Below, piece after piece: positions 1-12,651 of a stretch of DNA of 64,000 nucleotides. Below the pieces are notes generated by a model. It worked only from the letters and a program-made list of their open reading frames with translations, was not told the DNA's origin and searched no databases. The DNA lies in contig NC_091477.1 of NCBI RefSeq assembly GCF_036971445.1, positions 123,752,001 through 123,816,000 on the forward strand, written 5' to 3'. A program made the position numbers and the translations under genes. Positions within the stretch are counted from its first letter, which is position 1. Every line of letters starts with the position of its first letter. The stretch is from Narcine bancroftii. Its lineage: Eukaryota.

Positions 1-69
1 GGCCCATCAGCTTCAGATTCAGGGTTAGAGAAAACTGACCATTCCGACTTTTGTGCAAGTGTAAAGTCA

Positions 70-945
70 CAGAGCAGAGGGGCCACACCCTCGCACATGG
101 GGCAGAGGGGCCACATGTGGGGCAGAGGGGTCACACCCTCACATGGGGAACAGGGGCCACACTTTTGCATGTGGGGCAGAGGGGTCACACTCTCACACGT
201 GGGGCAGAGGGGTCACATGTGGGGCAGAGGGGTCACACCCTCACATGGGGAACAGGGGCCACACCTTTGCATGTGGGGCAGAGGGGCCACACCCTCGCAC
301 ATGGGGAAGAGGGGCCACATGTGGGGCAGAGGGGTCACACCCTCACATGGGGAACAGGGGCCACACCTTTGCATGTGGGGCAGAGGGGTCACACCCTCAT
401 ATGGGGAACAGGGGCCACACCTTTGCATGTGGGGCAGAGGGGTCACACCCTCACATGGGGAACAGGGGCCACACCTTTGCATGTGGGGCAGAGGGGTCAC
501 ACCCTCACATGGGGAACAGGGGCCACACCTTTGCATGTGGGGCAGAGGGGTCACACTCTCACACGTGGGGCAGAGGGGTCACATGTGGGGCAGAGGGGTC
601 ACACCCTCACATGGGGAACAGGGGCCACACCTTTGCATGTGGGGCAGAGGGGCCACACCCTCGCACATGGGGAAGAGGGGCCACATGTGGGGCAGAGGGG
701 TCACACCCTCACATGGGGAACAGGGGCCACACCTTTGCATGTGGGGCAGAGGGGTCACACCCTCACATGGGGAACAGGGGCCACACCTTTGCATGTGGGG
801 CAGAGGGGTCACACCCTCACATGGGGAACAGGGGCCACACCTTTGCATGTGGGGCAGAGGGGTCACACCCTCACATGGGGAACAGGGGCCACACCTTTGC
901 ATGTGGGGCAGAGGGGTCACACTCTCACACGTGGGGCAGAGGGGC
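70..945. repeat. Minisatellite with 54-bp unit and 366-bp higher-order period
   Basis: Unit gtggggcagaggggtcacaccctcacatggggaacaggggccacacctttgcat; the variant ctctcacacgt recurs at 190, 556 and 922. Confidence 0.95.
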
Positions 946-1077
946 CGCATTCCACCACAATCACCTGTCCACAGGTGACCCATCTGCTTCATCCTATTCA
1001 CAGCCAGCCTCTGCCTCACCTCCTTGTACTACTACCTTTCTCCCTTCTCGCTCAATCCTGATACAAGGTCCACTTAC

Positions 1078-1157
1078 CCCTGTTGCTCCACGGATGTGGC
1101 TTCACTGCTGTTACTTCTGTATTCTGTTTCTTTTTTCAATTTTCTCTCCTCAACTAT
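1078..1157 (-). CDS. Candidate exon of an unidentified minus-strand gene
   Basis: gttttcactttag|ATA GTT GAG...CAG GG|gtaagt; IVEERKLKKETEYRSNSSEATSVEQQ; phase 0/2. Confidence 0.5.
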
Positions 1158-1650
1158 CTAAAGTGAAAACCTCAGCCTCTGCTATTACCTCAGTCCTCCC
1201 CTCAGTATTGCCCCTCCCACAGTGCAGAGCTTCCTTAGTCCAGCTCTGTCAGTCAGGCTTTGGCCTTGAACCTTTGACCTAGAGTGTGATGGTGGTAACC
1301 TCTGCCGATGGAACTGTGGTGGGTGGATCAGCTGGTTCTCACCTCACCCACCAAGTTCTGTTTGGTTTATTAGCCCAGGCAAGCCACGGTGGGAGGGGGA
1401 CTTCCAACTGCAGCAGGGAAAGGGGCTGGCATATGTGAGTTAGTGTATAGGGGAGTCACACTCACTAGCCTTTGATGGTACTGGTAAAAGAGGCAGAGAT
1501 GAGTGTTCCCACTGGCGGGTGGCCCAGTTCAACGCTCATAAACTGCCGGGCTCACAGTGCATGGAGGGAGTGGGTTTCATTGGCTGTAGTTGGGCAGCAC
1601 AGTTTCGTGGGCCAAAATGGCCTGTTTCCCTGCTTTATGACTAAATTTAA

Positions 1651-1815
1651 ATACCCCTCCCATCCATGAACATGTCTAAATTCTTGGTGGTTAAAATGGA
1701 GCCCACATTCACCTCTTCAGCTGGCAGCTTGTTCCACACTCCCACCACTCTCTGTGTGAAGAAGTTCCGACTAAACATTTCCCCTTTCACCCTTAACCCA
1801 CGTCCTCTGGTTTGG
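1651..1815 (-). mobile_element. CR1-type LINE 3' fragment
   Basis: TRGRGLRVKGE...NFFTQRVVGVWNKLP, the CR1 ORF2 C-terminus. Confidence 0.85.
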
Positions 1816-2821
1816 ATTAGGGGATGAAGTGAGTGATCGGCCACATCAGGTGTATATCAGGGCTGAGCCAAAGGGCTCGAGAGCCTCCTGCTTTGATTTT
1901 CTTTATTTCTCAATGGATTGCAGCGGCTCATGGTTCACCACGACTGGAATGGGAGGTGGGAACAGCTAATGAGTTCTGCTCTTGCAAATTAATTGAATAG
2001 TTTATCATCATGTGTGTCAGGATATCATGAAAGCTTTGTTTAGTGTGCAAAGTCAACTCATTCAACAAGGAGTGCAACAGTGCATGTGAATAAACATCAG
2101 TGAAGAGAGTGCAGCAGGTCTAGGGAAAGGTGCAGTGCAAAAATGGTGATCATGTGCAGCAGGTAGAAGGGAAAGAGCATCATCATTTACCCATGGAAGA
2201 TCAGGAAGGAGTCTAGTAACAGCAGGAAAGAATCATCTTTCAACCTCTTTGAACATCTTTTGCCTGATGGAAGTTGGTGGGATGGGGGGGGGGGGGGGGG
2301 GATGGGAGGAGGAGGTGAAAGAGAGTGGTGGTGTGATCCTGAAATGCCTCAGTGGAGTGTGTGGACCCAGACATCATTCAGGAGGGAGCCAAACCTGATC
2401 CTTAGCTGTGATCCTTGTGCAGACTGTTCTGGAATAACCATTTGGTACAATGTCCAGCAACATTTACCCCATAGCTGGGATGAAAAGCTGAGCCCATCAA
2501 CTGACCGATAATTCTTGCCAGCCAATTCAATCCAAAATTAACAACAAGTTGTTTCAATTGTTAGGTCTTTGTCATTAACATCAGGAGGAGGGGTCCATTA
2601 GCAAATCCAAATGTTAATGTATCTTCACTAAAACCTAAATGCATCCAAACGCTTTATAATGTTTGAAAATACTTCAAATAGCAACCTATGTTGTTCGGGA
2701 GTTTCATTGTTTACATTCTGTATCCTTGACAAACAGGAGACAAGTTGAAATAATCCTCCCCTGGAAAGACTGACATGAGAAACTATGGGCTCAAGAACTC
2801 GTAGCAGGACAGCTCACTTAC

Positions 2822-2889
2822 CCAGAGGTCAAGCAGGCTGACCTTGAGGCACGGTTTAAGAACAGAGAGACGATGGAGGACAACAGGTC
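2822..2889 (-). CDS. Candidate exon of an unidentified minus-strand gene
   Basis: tactgacatttccaacag|GA CCT...TGG|gtaagt; PVVLHRLSVLKPCLKVSLLDLW; phase 1/0. Confidence 0.5.
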
Positions 2890-2934
2890 CTGTTGGAAAT
2901 GTCAGTAGATACAACTATCTACGTAACTTTACAT

Positions 2935-3260
2935 TAGTTTTTCCTGGATGCGACGGAGCCGAGAGGTGACCTGACAGTGGTACACAAATTAACGAGGAGA
3001 GTAGATGGGGAGACAGTAACAATTTTTTTTCCCATGGTAAGGTGTTTGGAGCAAGAGCGCAGAGGTTTGAGGTGAGAGGCTAAAGATTTAGAGGGGGCAT
3101 TAAGCATGAGTTGGAGGGAGGGGGAGGAAGTGGAGGAAGGTTTTCTCACAGCATTTAAAGCATCTGGACACACTTGAAGGCTGAGAGTAATTGTGAGTAA
3201 ATGGGACTAGTCCAGCTAAATAGAATGGTAGACATGGCCTGTGGCTCTCTGACTATTTCT
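2935..3260 (+). mobile_element. Degenerate CR1 3' fragment
   Basis: RGDLTVV...GVDG remnants plus a CR1-like 3' UTR. Confidence 0.65.
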
Positions 3261-3418
3261 TTCCATGCCTGCTGTACCAGGGCCTGGGGATTTATCTATG
3301 TTTATGCACATTGAGATCTAATACCTCCTCCTTTTCAATAATAAGACGACCTAGGGTCTCACCATTCCTCTGAATTCTTCAGCAGAAATCTCCTCCTTCA
3401 TTAATAAAGACAACTCAC

Positions 3419-3488
3419 CTGATTCACGGACATCCTTTGGCTCCTTCACTTTGGTCTTTAGTAAGCCCATCCCTTGCCTGGTTGTCAT
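3419..3488 (-). CDS. Candidate exon of an unidentified minus-strand gene
   Basis: tgtag|ATG ACA...TCA G|gtgagt; MTTRQGMGLLKTKVKEPKDVRES; phase 0/1; weak acceptor. Confidence 0.45.
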
Positions 3489-3688
3489 CTACATTTTCAT
3501 TTTACACACAATAAAATGCTGTGAGATGTTATTTAATCTTGTCAACAGGAGGGATTTCATGTGAACCAATCACCCTCCAAACTAGTTTAATAAACATCTC
3601 ACACACTTAACTTGCCTCGAGGATTCTTTTTACTTGTCCATTCCTTGATATTGCTTGGCATTCAGGATTCTTCAGACGTTGGGCTTAC

Positions 3689-3715
3689 CTTTGACTCTTC
3701 AGGGAATAGGGGCTC
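3689..3715 (-). CDS. Candidate 27-nt micro-exon of the same gene
   Basis: gtttcag|GAG CCC CTA TTC CCT GAA GAG TCA AAG|gtaagc; EPLFPEESK; phase 0/0. Confidence 0.45.
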
Positions 3716-4007
3716 CTGAAACCTCATTATTTCTATTTGGAATGCCTCCCATTGGGTCCTCCTACATCGGTCAGGTAAAGACTTGCAACCTTGAACACAT
3801 CCTTCCCTGATTCAAGGCCTCAATTCCAGGCCCATTACTTTGCTGTAGAGGCTGAGGCCATACACAGTTCATTTGAAATGCAAAAAACACAGATGCAGGA
3901 AATCTGAAATAAAACCAAACAAGCTGGTAAGGCACGAAGAGAAAACTGCCACAGGGTCTGTCTTCATTGCAGTTTAACTGATGATAATGAGTTAATTGTC
4001 ATACACA

Positions 4008-4458
4008 TTGTACAAGGAACTGAGTTACAGGGAAAGGTTAAACAGGTTAGGACTTTATTCCCTGGAGCAGAGAAGAATGAGGGGAGATTTGGTAGAAGTG
4101 TATACATTTATGAGGGGGATAGACAGAGTAAATGTAGGTCGGCTTTTCCCACTGAGATTAGGAGAGATACAAACCAGAGGACGTAGGTTAAGAGTGAAAG
4201 GGGAAAGGTTTCGAGGGAACATCAGAGGGAACTTCTTCACAAAGAGAGTAGTGGGAGTGTGGAACGAGCTGCCAGCTGAGGTGGTGAATGCAGGCTCAAC
4301 TTTCACATTTAAGAATAATTTGGACAGGTACATGGATGGGAGGGGTATGGAGGCTGTGGGCTGGGTACAGGTCAGTGAGACTAGGCAGGGTAATAGTTTG
4401 GCACAGACCAGAAGGGCCAGAGGGCCTGTTTCTGTGCTGTCGTGTCCTGTGGTTCTAC
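4008..4458 (+). mobile_element. CR1-type LINE 3' end
   Basis: SYRERLNRLGLYSLEQRRMRGDL...FFTKRVVGVWNELP plus a 3' UTR ending gggcctgtttctgtgctgt. Confidence 0.92.
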
Positions 4459-5054
4459 ATGCACCAAAATTCTTCCTTGCTGCAGCTGAACAAGTACATG
4501 TAAAGAGAAACTACAACAGAAAATTAATTGAATTAATTAAAAGAAACAATAAATACCTAACATAGATAAAAATATTCACAGTGATCCAAGTGCAAAAAGT
4601 GACTTACAATTGTGCAAACAGTCCGTTTGTGCTCTTGGAGCAGTCTGATTAGTGAACCATAGGAACCCCAGCTGTGGAGGGGTTGGTCAGGGATTAATGC
4701 TTGATTGGCAGCTCATGTTTCTCAGAGCCCAAAGTACATGCAGTCAGGGTTTGGCCTTATGGGGTAGATTTATCCAGGGTGGACGGATTTGGAAGCAGTT
4801 GTTTAAGTTTTGAGTTGGCTTTGAAGATGATGCAAGGTTGCAGAGGTGTTTGGAGGGTTCCAAGTTAGGGAATATACTTTGGAGGGAGAGTGTGTCAGAC
4901 TGGATGGCATAAGTTTATGTAGCCCCCTCCCCCCATTCCAATCCATTTCCACCAGTCCTTTACCTTTTCTCATTCCCAGAGAGGAAAATGAGATTTCTTC
5001 CCACCGCCCCTCCACTATTGGTCACTTCACCTCTCCCACCCTGGTTGCCTTTTA

Positions 5055-5870
5055 CTACAGGCGTTCCGCAGGGGTCGGTGTTGGGGCCGCTTCTTTTTAC
5101 AAAGTGTATTGATGATTTAAATTGTGGATAGAATGGTTTTGTGGCCATGTTTGCAGATAACACCAAGATAAGTGGTTGAGTAGGAAGTGTTGAAAAAACT
5201 GAAATGTTGCAGAGAAGCTTGGACAGTTTAGGAGAGAGGGCAAAGAAATGGCAAATGAGATCCAATGTTGAGAAATGTTTGGTTGTACATTTTGGAAGAG
5301 GAAATAAACAGGCAGATTATTATTTAGATGGGGAGAAAATTCAAAATTTGGATGTGCAAAGGGACTTGGGGGTCCTCGTACAGGATAACCTAATCTCCAG
5401 GTTGGATCGGCAGTAAAGAAAGCGAATTCTATGTTGGCATTCATTTCAAGAGGAATAGCGTATAAGAATAAATAGGTGTTGATGAGACTTCATTTGGAGG
5501 TTTATCAGCTCTTGGACTGAATTCATTGGAGTATAGAAGAATGAGAGGGGATCGCATAGAAACATTTCAAATTGAATCCAGGACAAGGGAGCAGAGAATT
5601 AGAGGGTCATTTAAAACAGAGATGAGTGGAAATTTCTTTACCCAGAAGGTCATGGATTTGTGGAATTCGTTGCTACTTACAGCTGTGGTGGCACAATCAT
5701 TCAGGGAGTTTAAGGAGGAGTTTGATAGTATCTAATTAGTCAGGGAATCAAGGGATATGGGGAAAAGGCCAGAATTTGGAAATAAATGTGAGAACAGTTT
5801 AGCTCAGGGCGGAGTGGTGGAGCAGACTCAATGGGCTGAATGGCCTACTTCTGTTCCTTTATCTTCTGAT
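5055..5870 (+). mobile_element. CR1-type LINE, RT to 3' end, degraded
   Basis: GVPQGSVLGPLLF, FAD(N)TK, QRDLGVLV and RRMRGD motifs with frameshifts. Confidence 0.9.
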
Positions 5871-5904
5871 CTTCATCTTTCCAGTATCCTCTCACCTCTA
5901 GGCA

Positions 5905-6115
5905 CCTTTCCTCCTCTCCCCTTCCCATCTCCTCTCCTCACCTCCCCTCTCCTTCCCATCTCCTCCCCCCTCTCCTTCCCATTTCCTCCTTCCCCTCCCC
6001 TCTCCTTCCTGTCTCCTTCCTTTCCTTCCCCTTCCCTTCATATCTCCTCCCTTCCCCTTCCCGTCTCCTCCCTTCCCCTCCCCTCTTTTTTCTTGCATGG
6101 TATCTCCTCTTCCCT
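5905..6115. repeat. Polypyrimidine low-complexity tract
   Basis: Almost only C and T. Confidence 0.9.
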
Positions 6116-6280
6116 CTTTACTTTAGACAAAGGATTCCAGCTCAAAACGTTGGCAAACCCAGGAGTAGCCAATGGGGCTGGAATCTCTCAGGAATGAAAG
6201 CATTTGCAGCTTAGTGGTTTTGAAAGAACTGCCTAACTATTGCTCCACTCTTCCTCGTACTTACATTTATAAATACTTAC

Positions 6281-6314
6281 ACTGTTTAATAGAACATTAC
6301 AGCGCAGGAGGTCA
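6281..6314 (-). CDS. Weaker candidate 34-nt exon of the same gene
   Basis: tttgcag|T GAC CTC...AGT|gtaagt; DLLRCNVLLNS; phase 2/0; poor polypyrimidine tract. Confidence 0.3.
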
Positions 6315-6384
6315 CTGCAAATGACCTTTCTACATTACTACGTTCATAGCAATACCTTCTCATTCCCCCGTTTTCACTGAGTTT

Positions 6385-9300
6385 GCTACATCATGGCGCG
6401 ACCAAGTGTCTGGTGGAATATCTGGACGGGTGGGCTGGACTCGTTAACCTTGGTTGGCAGCCAGCCTAAGAGAAGGATAACCCTGATTTCAAACCTGGGC
6501 AGATTGGGCTTGTTAGCTTTGTCAGGCCATCCATCTAGGAGACGGGCTCTCTGACGTTACACCTACAACCCAAGGATCTGGCTGTCATCGTCCCAGCTTG
6601 CAGGACCTTAGCAGATAAGCCCTGGGTGTAAAGGGTGGGGCTAGTACTGCGCACACTGCCCTCCACCTAAAAAATCCATTGTGCAGGCTCAAAGGACGTG
6701 CCCACGTCTATGACCATCCTCCCAGACTATTCATTAAGCCTTGCAGCAATGGGAAAGGGATGAAAACAACAGGTGGAAGATAACACTGGAAGCCGCAGTT
6801 CCAATCTTGCTTGCAGACAGTTCAGGTGTAATGGTCATCTGCTGCTGACCACAGAGATAACGACATCATTTGGCAGCACCAAGCAGCCTTCTCTAGGGAC
6901 AGCACTGTTTGCTTCATATGGAGAGAGTCTAGAAAAGGTGGCCTAACCAAAGCTCGTTTCCATTTCCCCCAGTTGGCGAGCTGTGGTCAAGGGGCATCCT
7001 CAAATGCAGCCGAACAACGGTAAAAAAGAAGAGCTACACACCTGCCTCACACGGTGCACAAGGGTTAAAGGTCACATACTGGAACATCAGAACCATGCTT
7101 GATCTAGCACACAGCAGTCGCCCAGAACGATTCTCTGCTCTAGTTGCACATGAACTTTCAAGATTGGATATCGATATCACTGCTCTCAGTGAAGTCCGCT
7201 TTCCAGAGGAAAGCAGCCTTCAACAAAAAGGTGCCGGCTATACCCTGTACTGGTCAGGCAAGCCAAAGACTGAGAGACGCCTTTCTGGCATTGGCTTTAT
7301 GCATCCAAACTTGTAAACCTGCCAATGGGTCACTCAGAGGGCATCATCTCTATGCACCTCCCACTTCGAACCAAGCAGCATGCCACACTCCTCAGTGTGT
7401 ACATCCCAACTCTTCAAGCAGATCCTGCAGAAAAAGATAAATCTTACACTGATCTGTGCAACTTTATACAGAACACCCCTGCAGATGACAAGGTCATCAT
7501 CCTTGGTGACTTCAATATCAAGATCCAGAAGCCTGGAAAGGAGTACTTAGCAAACATGGTGTTGGAAGCTGCCTTCTGCTAGAGTTTTGCACAGCACAGC
7601 AACTCACCGTCACCAACACCACTTTCCAGCAGGAAGACAGTCTGAAGACAACCTGGATGCATCCTCGGTCCAAGCATTGACATCTCATAGACTACATCTT
7701 TGTGCGCCAAGAGATCTTCGGGATGTCTTACTCACCAAAATGGTGCCCATCGCAGAGTGTCATACAGACCATTGTCTTGTCCACTGCAAATTCAGTCTCC
7801 ACTTCAAACCCAGGCCAAGGCAATAGGAGTTGATGGAATCCCACCAGAGGATTGGAAGCATGGGGGCCCAGCGTTACATGCCAAACTCCACGAGTTCTTC
7901 GTCTGCTGCTGGGAACAAGGAAAACTACCATAAGACCTCCGTGGTACAGCCATCATCACCCTGTACAAGAACAAGGGAGAAAAAGTCCAACTGCTCCAAA
8001 TACCGGGGATAAATCTGCTCTCTGTCGCAGGAACAATCCTCGCAAGAGTACTCCTGAATAGACTGGTGCCCATCATTGTAGAAGAACACCTCCCAGAGAA
8101 TCAGTGTGGCTTCAGAGCCAACAGGAGCACCATCGACATGGTATTTGTTCTCAGGCAGCTCGAAGAGAAGTGTCGGGTATAGAACAAGGGACTGCACCTG
8201 ACATTTGTCAACCTTATCAAAGTATTCGACATTATGAGGAAAGGTTTGTGGCAAATCATGGAATGACTGGGATGTCCCCCCCAAGTTCCTCAGCATGGTC
8301 ATCCATATACATGAAGATTTCCTTGGCTAAGTCAGACACAAGGACCTCTCAGAGCCCTTCTCAATAGGCAATGGTGTAAAGCAAGGTGCTTCCTTGCGCC
8401 AACTCTCTTCACCATCTTCTTCAGCATGATGCGCCAAAGGGCCACAGAAGACCTTGATGACGAGGACAGTGTCTACATCCAATACCGCACCAATGGCAGC
8501 TGTTCAACCAGAGGGGACTACAGTCCCATAATTCGCCGGTGATGCTGCCCGTGCTGCTTATACAGAGGCAGCCTGGCAGCATATAACGTCCTGCTTTACG
8601 AAGGCTGCGGAGCTCTTGGACTGGAAGTCAGCTTGAAGAAGACAGTTCTCCACCACCCCACACCTCAGGAAGAGTACCACCCTCCCCATATTACCATCAG
8701 CAATACTGACCAGAAGACAGTTCAGCTACCTGGGGTGCACCATCTCGTCAGATGCCAAGACAAATAAAGAGGTTGACAACAGATGGGCAAAGGCAGACAG
8801 TGCATTCAGCCAGTGTATAAAGGAGTCTGGAACAACAAGCATCTGAAGAAAGGCACAAAGATCAGTGTCGTGGGTTACCTATCGTCACCACCTAAAACTC
8901 CTTGACCGCCTCCACCAGCGCTGCCTCCGCACCACCCTCAGCATCCATGGGAGTGACTTTGTGACCAACATCAAAGTGCTCGAACAGACGGAGGTTATCA
9001 GCATCGAGACCATGCTGTTGAAGACGTAGCTACGCTGGGCAGGGCATGTCTCTCGGATGGAGGATCTTCACCTGCCCAAGATTGTGCTGTATGGCAAACT
9101 CTCCACTGGCCACCATGACAGAGGGGCACCAAAGAAGAGGTACAAGGACTCTCTAAAGAAATCCCATGGTGCCTGTCACATTGACCATCACCAGTAGTCT
9201 GCTCTTGCCTCTGATCGCACAGCCTGGCAACACATGTTTCACCAGTCTGTCTCTTCCTTCAAGAACGCATGCAGGGCTGGCCTTGGGGACAAAAGGAGAT

Positions 9301-9465
9301 GGAGGAAGAACCGTGACACAGCAGCAACAAACTCAGAACAGAATTTCTCTTGGAGCCACTGCCACCGGGCATGACTGTCCTGCATTGGCCACATCAGCCA
9401 CCAGTAAGCCTGTGGCAGATGTGGACTGTCCCCTTTCTAAATCTTTGTTCACAAAGCCAAGCTAT
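6385..9465 (+). mobile_element. RTE-clade LINE, near full length with an internal deletion, pseudogenised
   Basis: APE domain WNIRTMLD...ELSRLDIDITALSEVRF...GYTLYWSG and IILGDFN. RT domain QCGFRANRSTIDMVFVLRQL, GVKQG, FAGDAA. C-terminus LRWAGHVSRMED..LPKIVLYG...GAPKKRYKD. Tail aagccaagctatga. Confidence 0.92.
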
Positions 9466-9468
9466 GAT

Positions 9469-10680
9469 AGCACAGTACAGGCCCTTCAGCCCACAATGTT
9501 GTGCTAACCTATATAAACCTTCTCAACATTCTAAACATTCCCTACTGCACGCGCTTAACCCCATATTTTCCTTGCATCCATGTGCCTGTCTAAAAATCTT
9601 TTAAATGTCCCAATTGTACCAGCCCAACAATGCATTCCATGCACCGATAACTCTCTGAGTAAAAACTTGCTCTAGCATCTCCCCTAAATGTTTCTTCCCT
9701 CACCTTGTATGATGTCCTCTGTTTGCTAACGTTTCCCCAGGGAAAATGTGATGGCTGTCCACTCTATTTATGCCTCTTGTAGTCACCTTTCCTCCTTCTT
9801 CATTCCAAACGGTAAAACCCTCGCTCTGTTAAACTTTGCCTTATAAAACATGTTCTCCTATACAGGGAACATCTTGGTAAATCTCCTCTGCATCCTTTCC
9901 TAAAGCTTTCACATCCTTCCTGCAATGAGGCAATCAGAACTGAACACAATATTCCAAATGTGGTCTAACCAGAGTTTTATAGAACTGTAACATGACCTCA
10001 CGGCTCTTGAACTCAACCCCCGACTAATGAAGGCCATTATACCATAAGCCTTCTTAACTCTCCTATCAACCTGCATGGCAAACTTGAGAGATGTATGGAT
10101 TTGGACCCAAGGTCCCTCTGTTCTTCCACACTGTTAAGAATCTTGCCATTAACCATTACTCTTCCATCAAGTTTCACTCTCCAAACTGCATCACTTCACA
10201 CTTATCCAGATTGAACTCCATCTGCCACCTCTCTGCCCAACTCTCTGTCTATATCCTGCAACAATATTCTCCACTATCCACATCACCTTCAACCTTTGTG
10301 CCATCCGCAAACTTACTGACCCATCCATTTACTTCTTCATCCAGGCCATTTATAAAAATCACAAAGAGCAGGGGCCTGAGAACAAATCCCTGCGAAATTC
10401 CACTAGTCACCGACCTCCAGGCAGAATATGTTCTCTCCTCTACTACCCTCTGCTTTCTGCAGGCAAGCCAATTCTGAATCCACACAGCCATGGATCCCAT
10501 GACTTTCTGAATGAGTCTACCATGGGGGACCTTGCCATATCCTTTACTGAAATATACAACATCTATTGCCTACTTTCATCAATTTCTTTTGTCACCTTGA
10601 AAACCTCACTCGGGGCTCGTGAGGCATGACATGACCCTCACAAAGCCATGCTGACCATCTCTAAGAAGACTATGCTTCTC
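9469..10680 (-). mobile_element. CR1-type LINE, RT to 3' end
   Basis: WIQNWLACRKQRVV...VTSGISQG...SKFADGTK on the minus strand. Confidence 0.9.
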
Positions 10681-11129
10681 TATAACAACTCACAGCATGG
10701 AGAAATCCCTCCTGGAATTATTTCAAGTTACCCTGGAAATACATCCTCTGATCATCAAACCTTCTGCTGGGAAAATAGGAACGCCTCATAACTTTGAAAC
10801 CCTGAATTAATTTCAAGCTCCAATGCCTCTCCTCTAGGCCTCTTTTCCACAACACGGACAGCCCTACTGATACACTGATCACTGCACATAAAACTGGAAA
10901 GGATAACCAGTGCTTTATAAACGTTCAGCTGACCTTTCTGGTTCAAAAATCCCAGGATTTTGCAGTACATTTCACCTGTGGCTCAGGATCAGGTGCTGTG
11001 TTTTCATTCCTCTGGTGTCCCAACCTTTATGGAAATATTCCATTGTATGAAATTGTTCCTCACTCTCCTGCACCACAGTTACTTCCTTCAACAGCCCGTG
11101 CTAGCCCAATCCTCGTACAGCTCCTTCCC

Positions 11130-11710
11130 TATGGCCTCTCCCCACCCTCCTTCCCCTCCCCTCACTGCCCCTTCCAATAACTTCCCCTTCCCTACCTCAT
11201 CTCCCCACCCTCCCTCCCCTCCCCTCACTGCTCCCTCCCTACGCCCTCTCCCTACCCCCACTGCCCCAATTCCTCACTGCCTCCTCTCTACTGACCCCTT
11301 CCCTCACTGTCCCCTCCCGACTGCCTCTCCCCACCTCATTGCCACAGCCCCTCACGGCCCCCTCCCTCACTACTCTCTCCCAACTGCTTTTCCTCCTCCC
11401 CCCCACTTCCCCATCCCCTCACTAGTTATCCTTGCCATCACTGCCCATTCCCTCACTGCACCCTCCCTACTGTCTCTCCCTTCATTGCCCCTCCCCTCAT
11501 TGCCTTTCCTTCCCTTCACTCCCCCTCCCCTCACTGCTTTTCCTTGTTCTCACTGCCCCCTCCCTACTGCCTCTCTCCACCTTCACTCCCCCCTCTGACT
11601 CCCTGCTCCTCCCCTTGCTGACCTTTCCATCTGAACCCTCACTGTCCTTACCCTCTGACTCCACCACCCTGCCTCAACCCCTCTCCTCCCCCCTTTTGTT
11701 CACTGCCCCC
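11130..11710. repeat. C/T-rich low-complexity tract (cccctcactg-like)
   Basis: Visible composition; explains the Pro-rich ORFs. Confidence 0.9.
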
Positions 11711-11984
11711 ACTCTTGTCCACAGACTCTCAGAGCCCAATATTATTTTCACATATGACCTTAAGGAAATGATTAAAAAAACCCCTGAAACCTTAGGTCTA
11801 AATATATCTGACAGCAACTCGGAGTGTGGCTTCACTGAGGTTTTCCTGCACTCTTTGCAGAAAGATAAGTTTCAAGCGACCTGTCATTTTCCTTTCACAA
11901 TTTTCCGATTAAAACAGATGTCAAAAAATAGTGAGATTACACTGTGAGTGGGGCTAGGGTTAGCACAGAGGGTCCACCTCTTGT

Positions 11985-12452
11985 AGGAGGGGCAGCATTG
12001 TGGGAGTATCTCAGTGGGAGGGGAAGCACTGAGGGAGCTTCACACTGTTGGAGTGGCAGCACTGAGGGAGCATCTCAGTGGGAGGTGCAGCACTGAGGGA
12101 GTATCTCAGTGGGAGGGGAAGCACTGAGGGAGCTCCATACTGTGGGAGTGGCAGCACTGAGGGAGCATCTCAGTGGGAGGTGCAGCACTGAGGGAGTATC
12201 TCAGTGGGAGGGGAAGCACTGAGGGAGCTCCACACTGTGGGAGTGGCAGCACTGAGGGAGCATCTCAGTGGGAGGTGCAGCATTGAGGGAGTATCTCAGT
12301 GGGAGGTGCAGCATTGAGGGAGTATCTCAGTGGGAAGGGAAGCACTGAGGGAGCTCCACACTGTGGGAAGTGCAGCATTAAGGAAGCAGCTCAGTGGGAG
12401 GGGCAGCACTGAGAGAGCAGCAGTACTGAGGGAGCTCCACACTGAGGGAGGG
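11985..12452. repeat. Minisatellite with 29-31-bp units (cagcactgagggagtatctcagtgggagg)
   Basis: Tandem variants; reverse complement of the family at 19775-20030. Confidence 0.9.
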
Positions 12453-12651
12453 TCACAATGTTATCGAGTTATGTGAACCAATATCAGTGGTACTCACAGT
12501 CCAACACTGCCAGCCCTGGTTACATTCTGCCACTCTGTTGGCGAGGAAAATGCTTTCATATAACCTATCACCAGACTCCTGAAAAGGTCACTGTGTGACG
12601 GCCGTTGGCAAAGCCTTTGACAAAGTCCCACAGGATAGGCTGATCCAGAAG

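Noticed and set aside
51-1282. Long ORFs (293-379 aa) at the window start
   Set aside because: They are translations of the 54-bp minisatellite, open in several frames.
10755-11070. Minus-strand ORF or further exon of the unknown gene
   Set aside because: KILGF..YKALV looks like an old CR1 remnant; the adjacent exon candidate has weak splice sites.
11861-11943. Plus-strand exon-like segment (ctttgcag...gtgagt); similar ones near 35284-35380 (+) and 42189 (-)
   Set aside because: Isolated, with no phase-compatible partners or recognisable peptide; could be chance or lncRNA exons.
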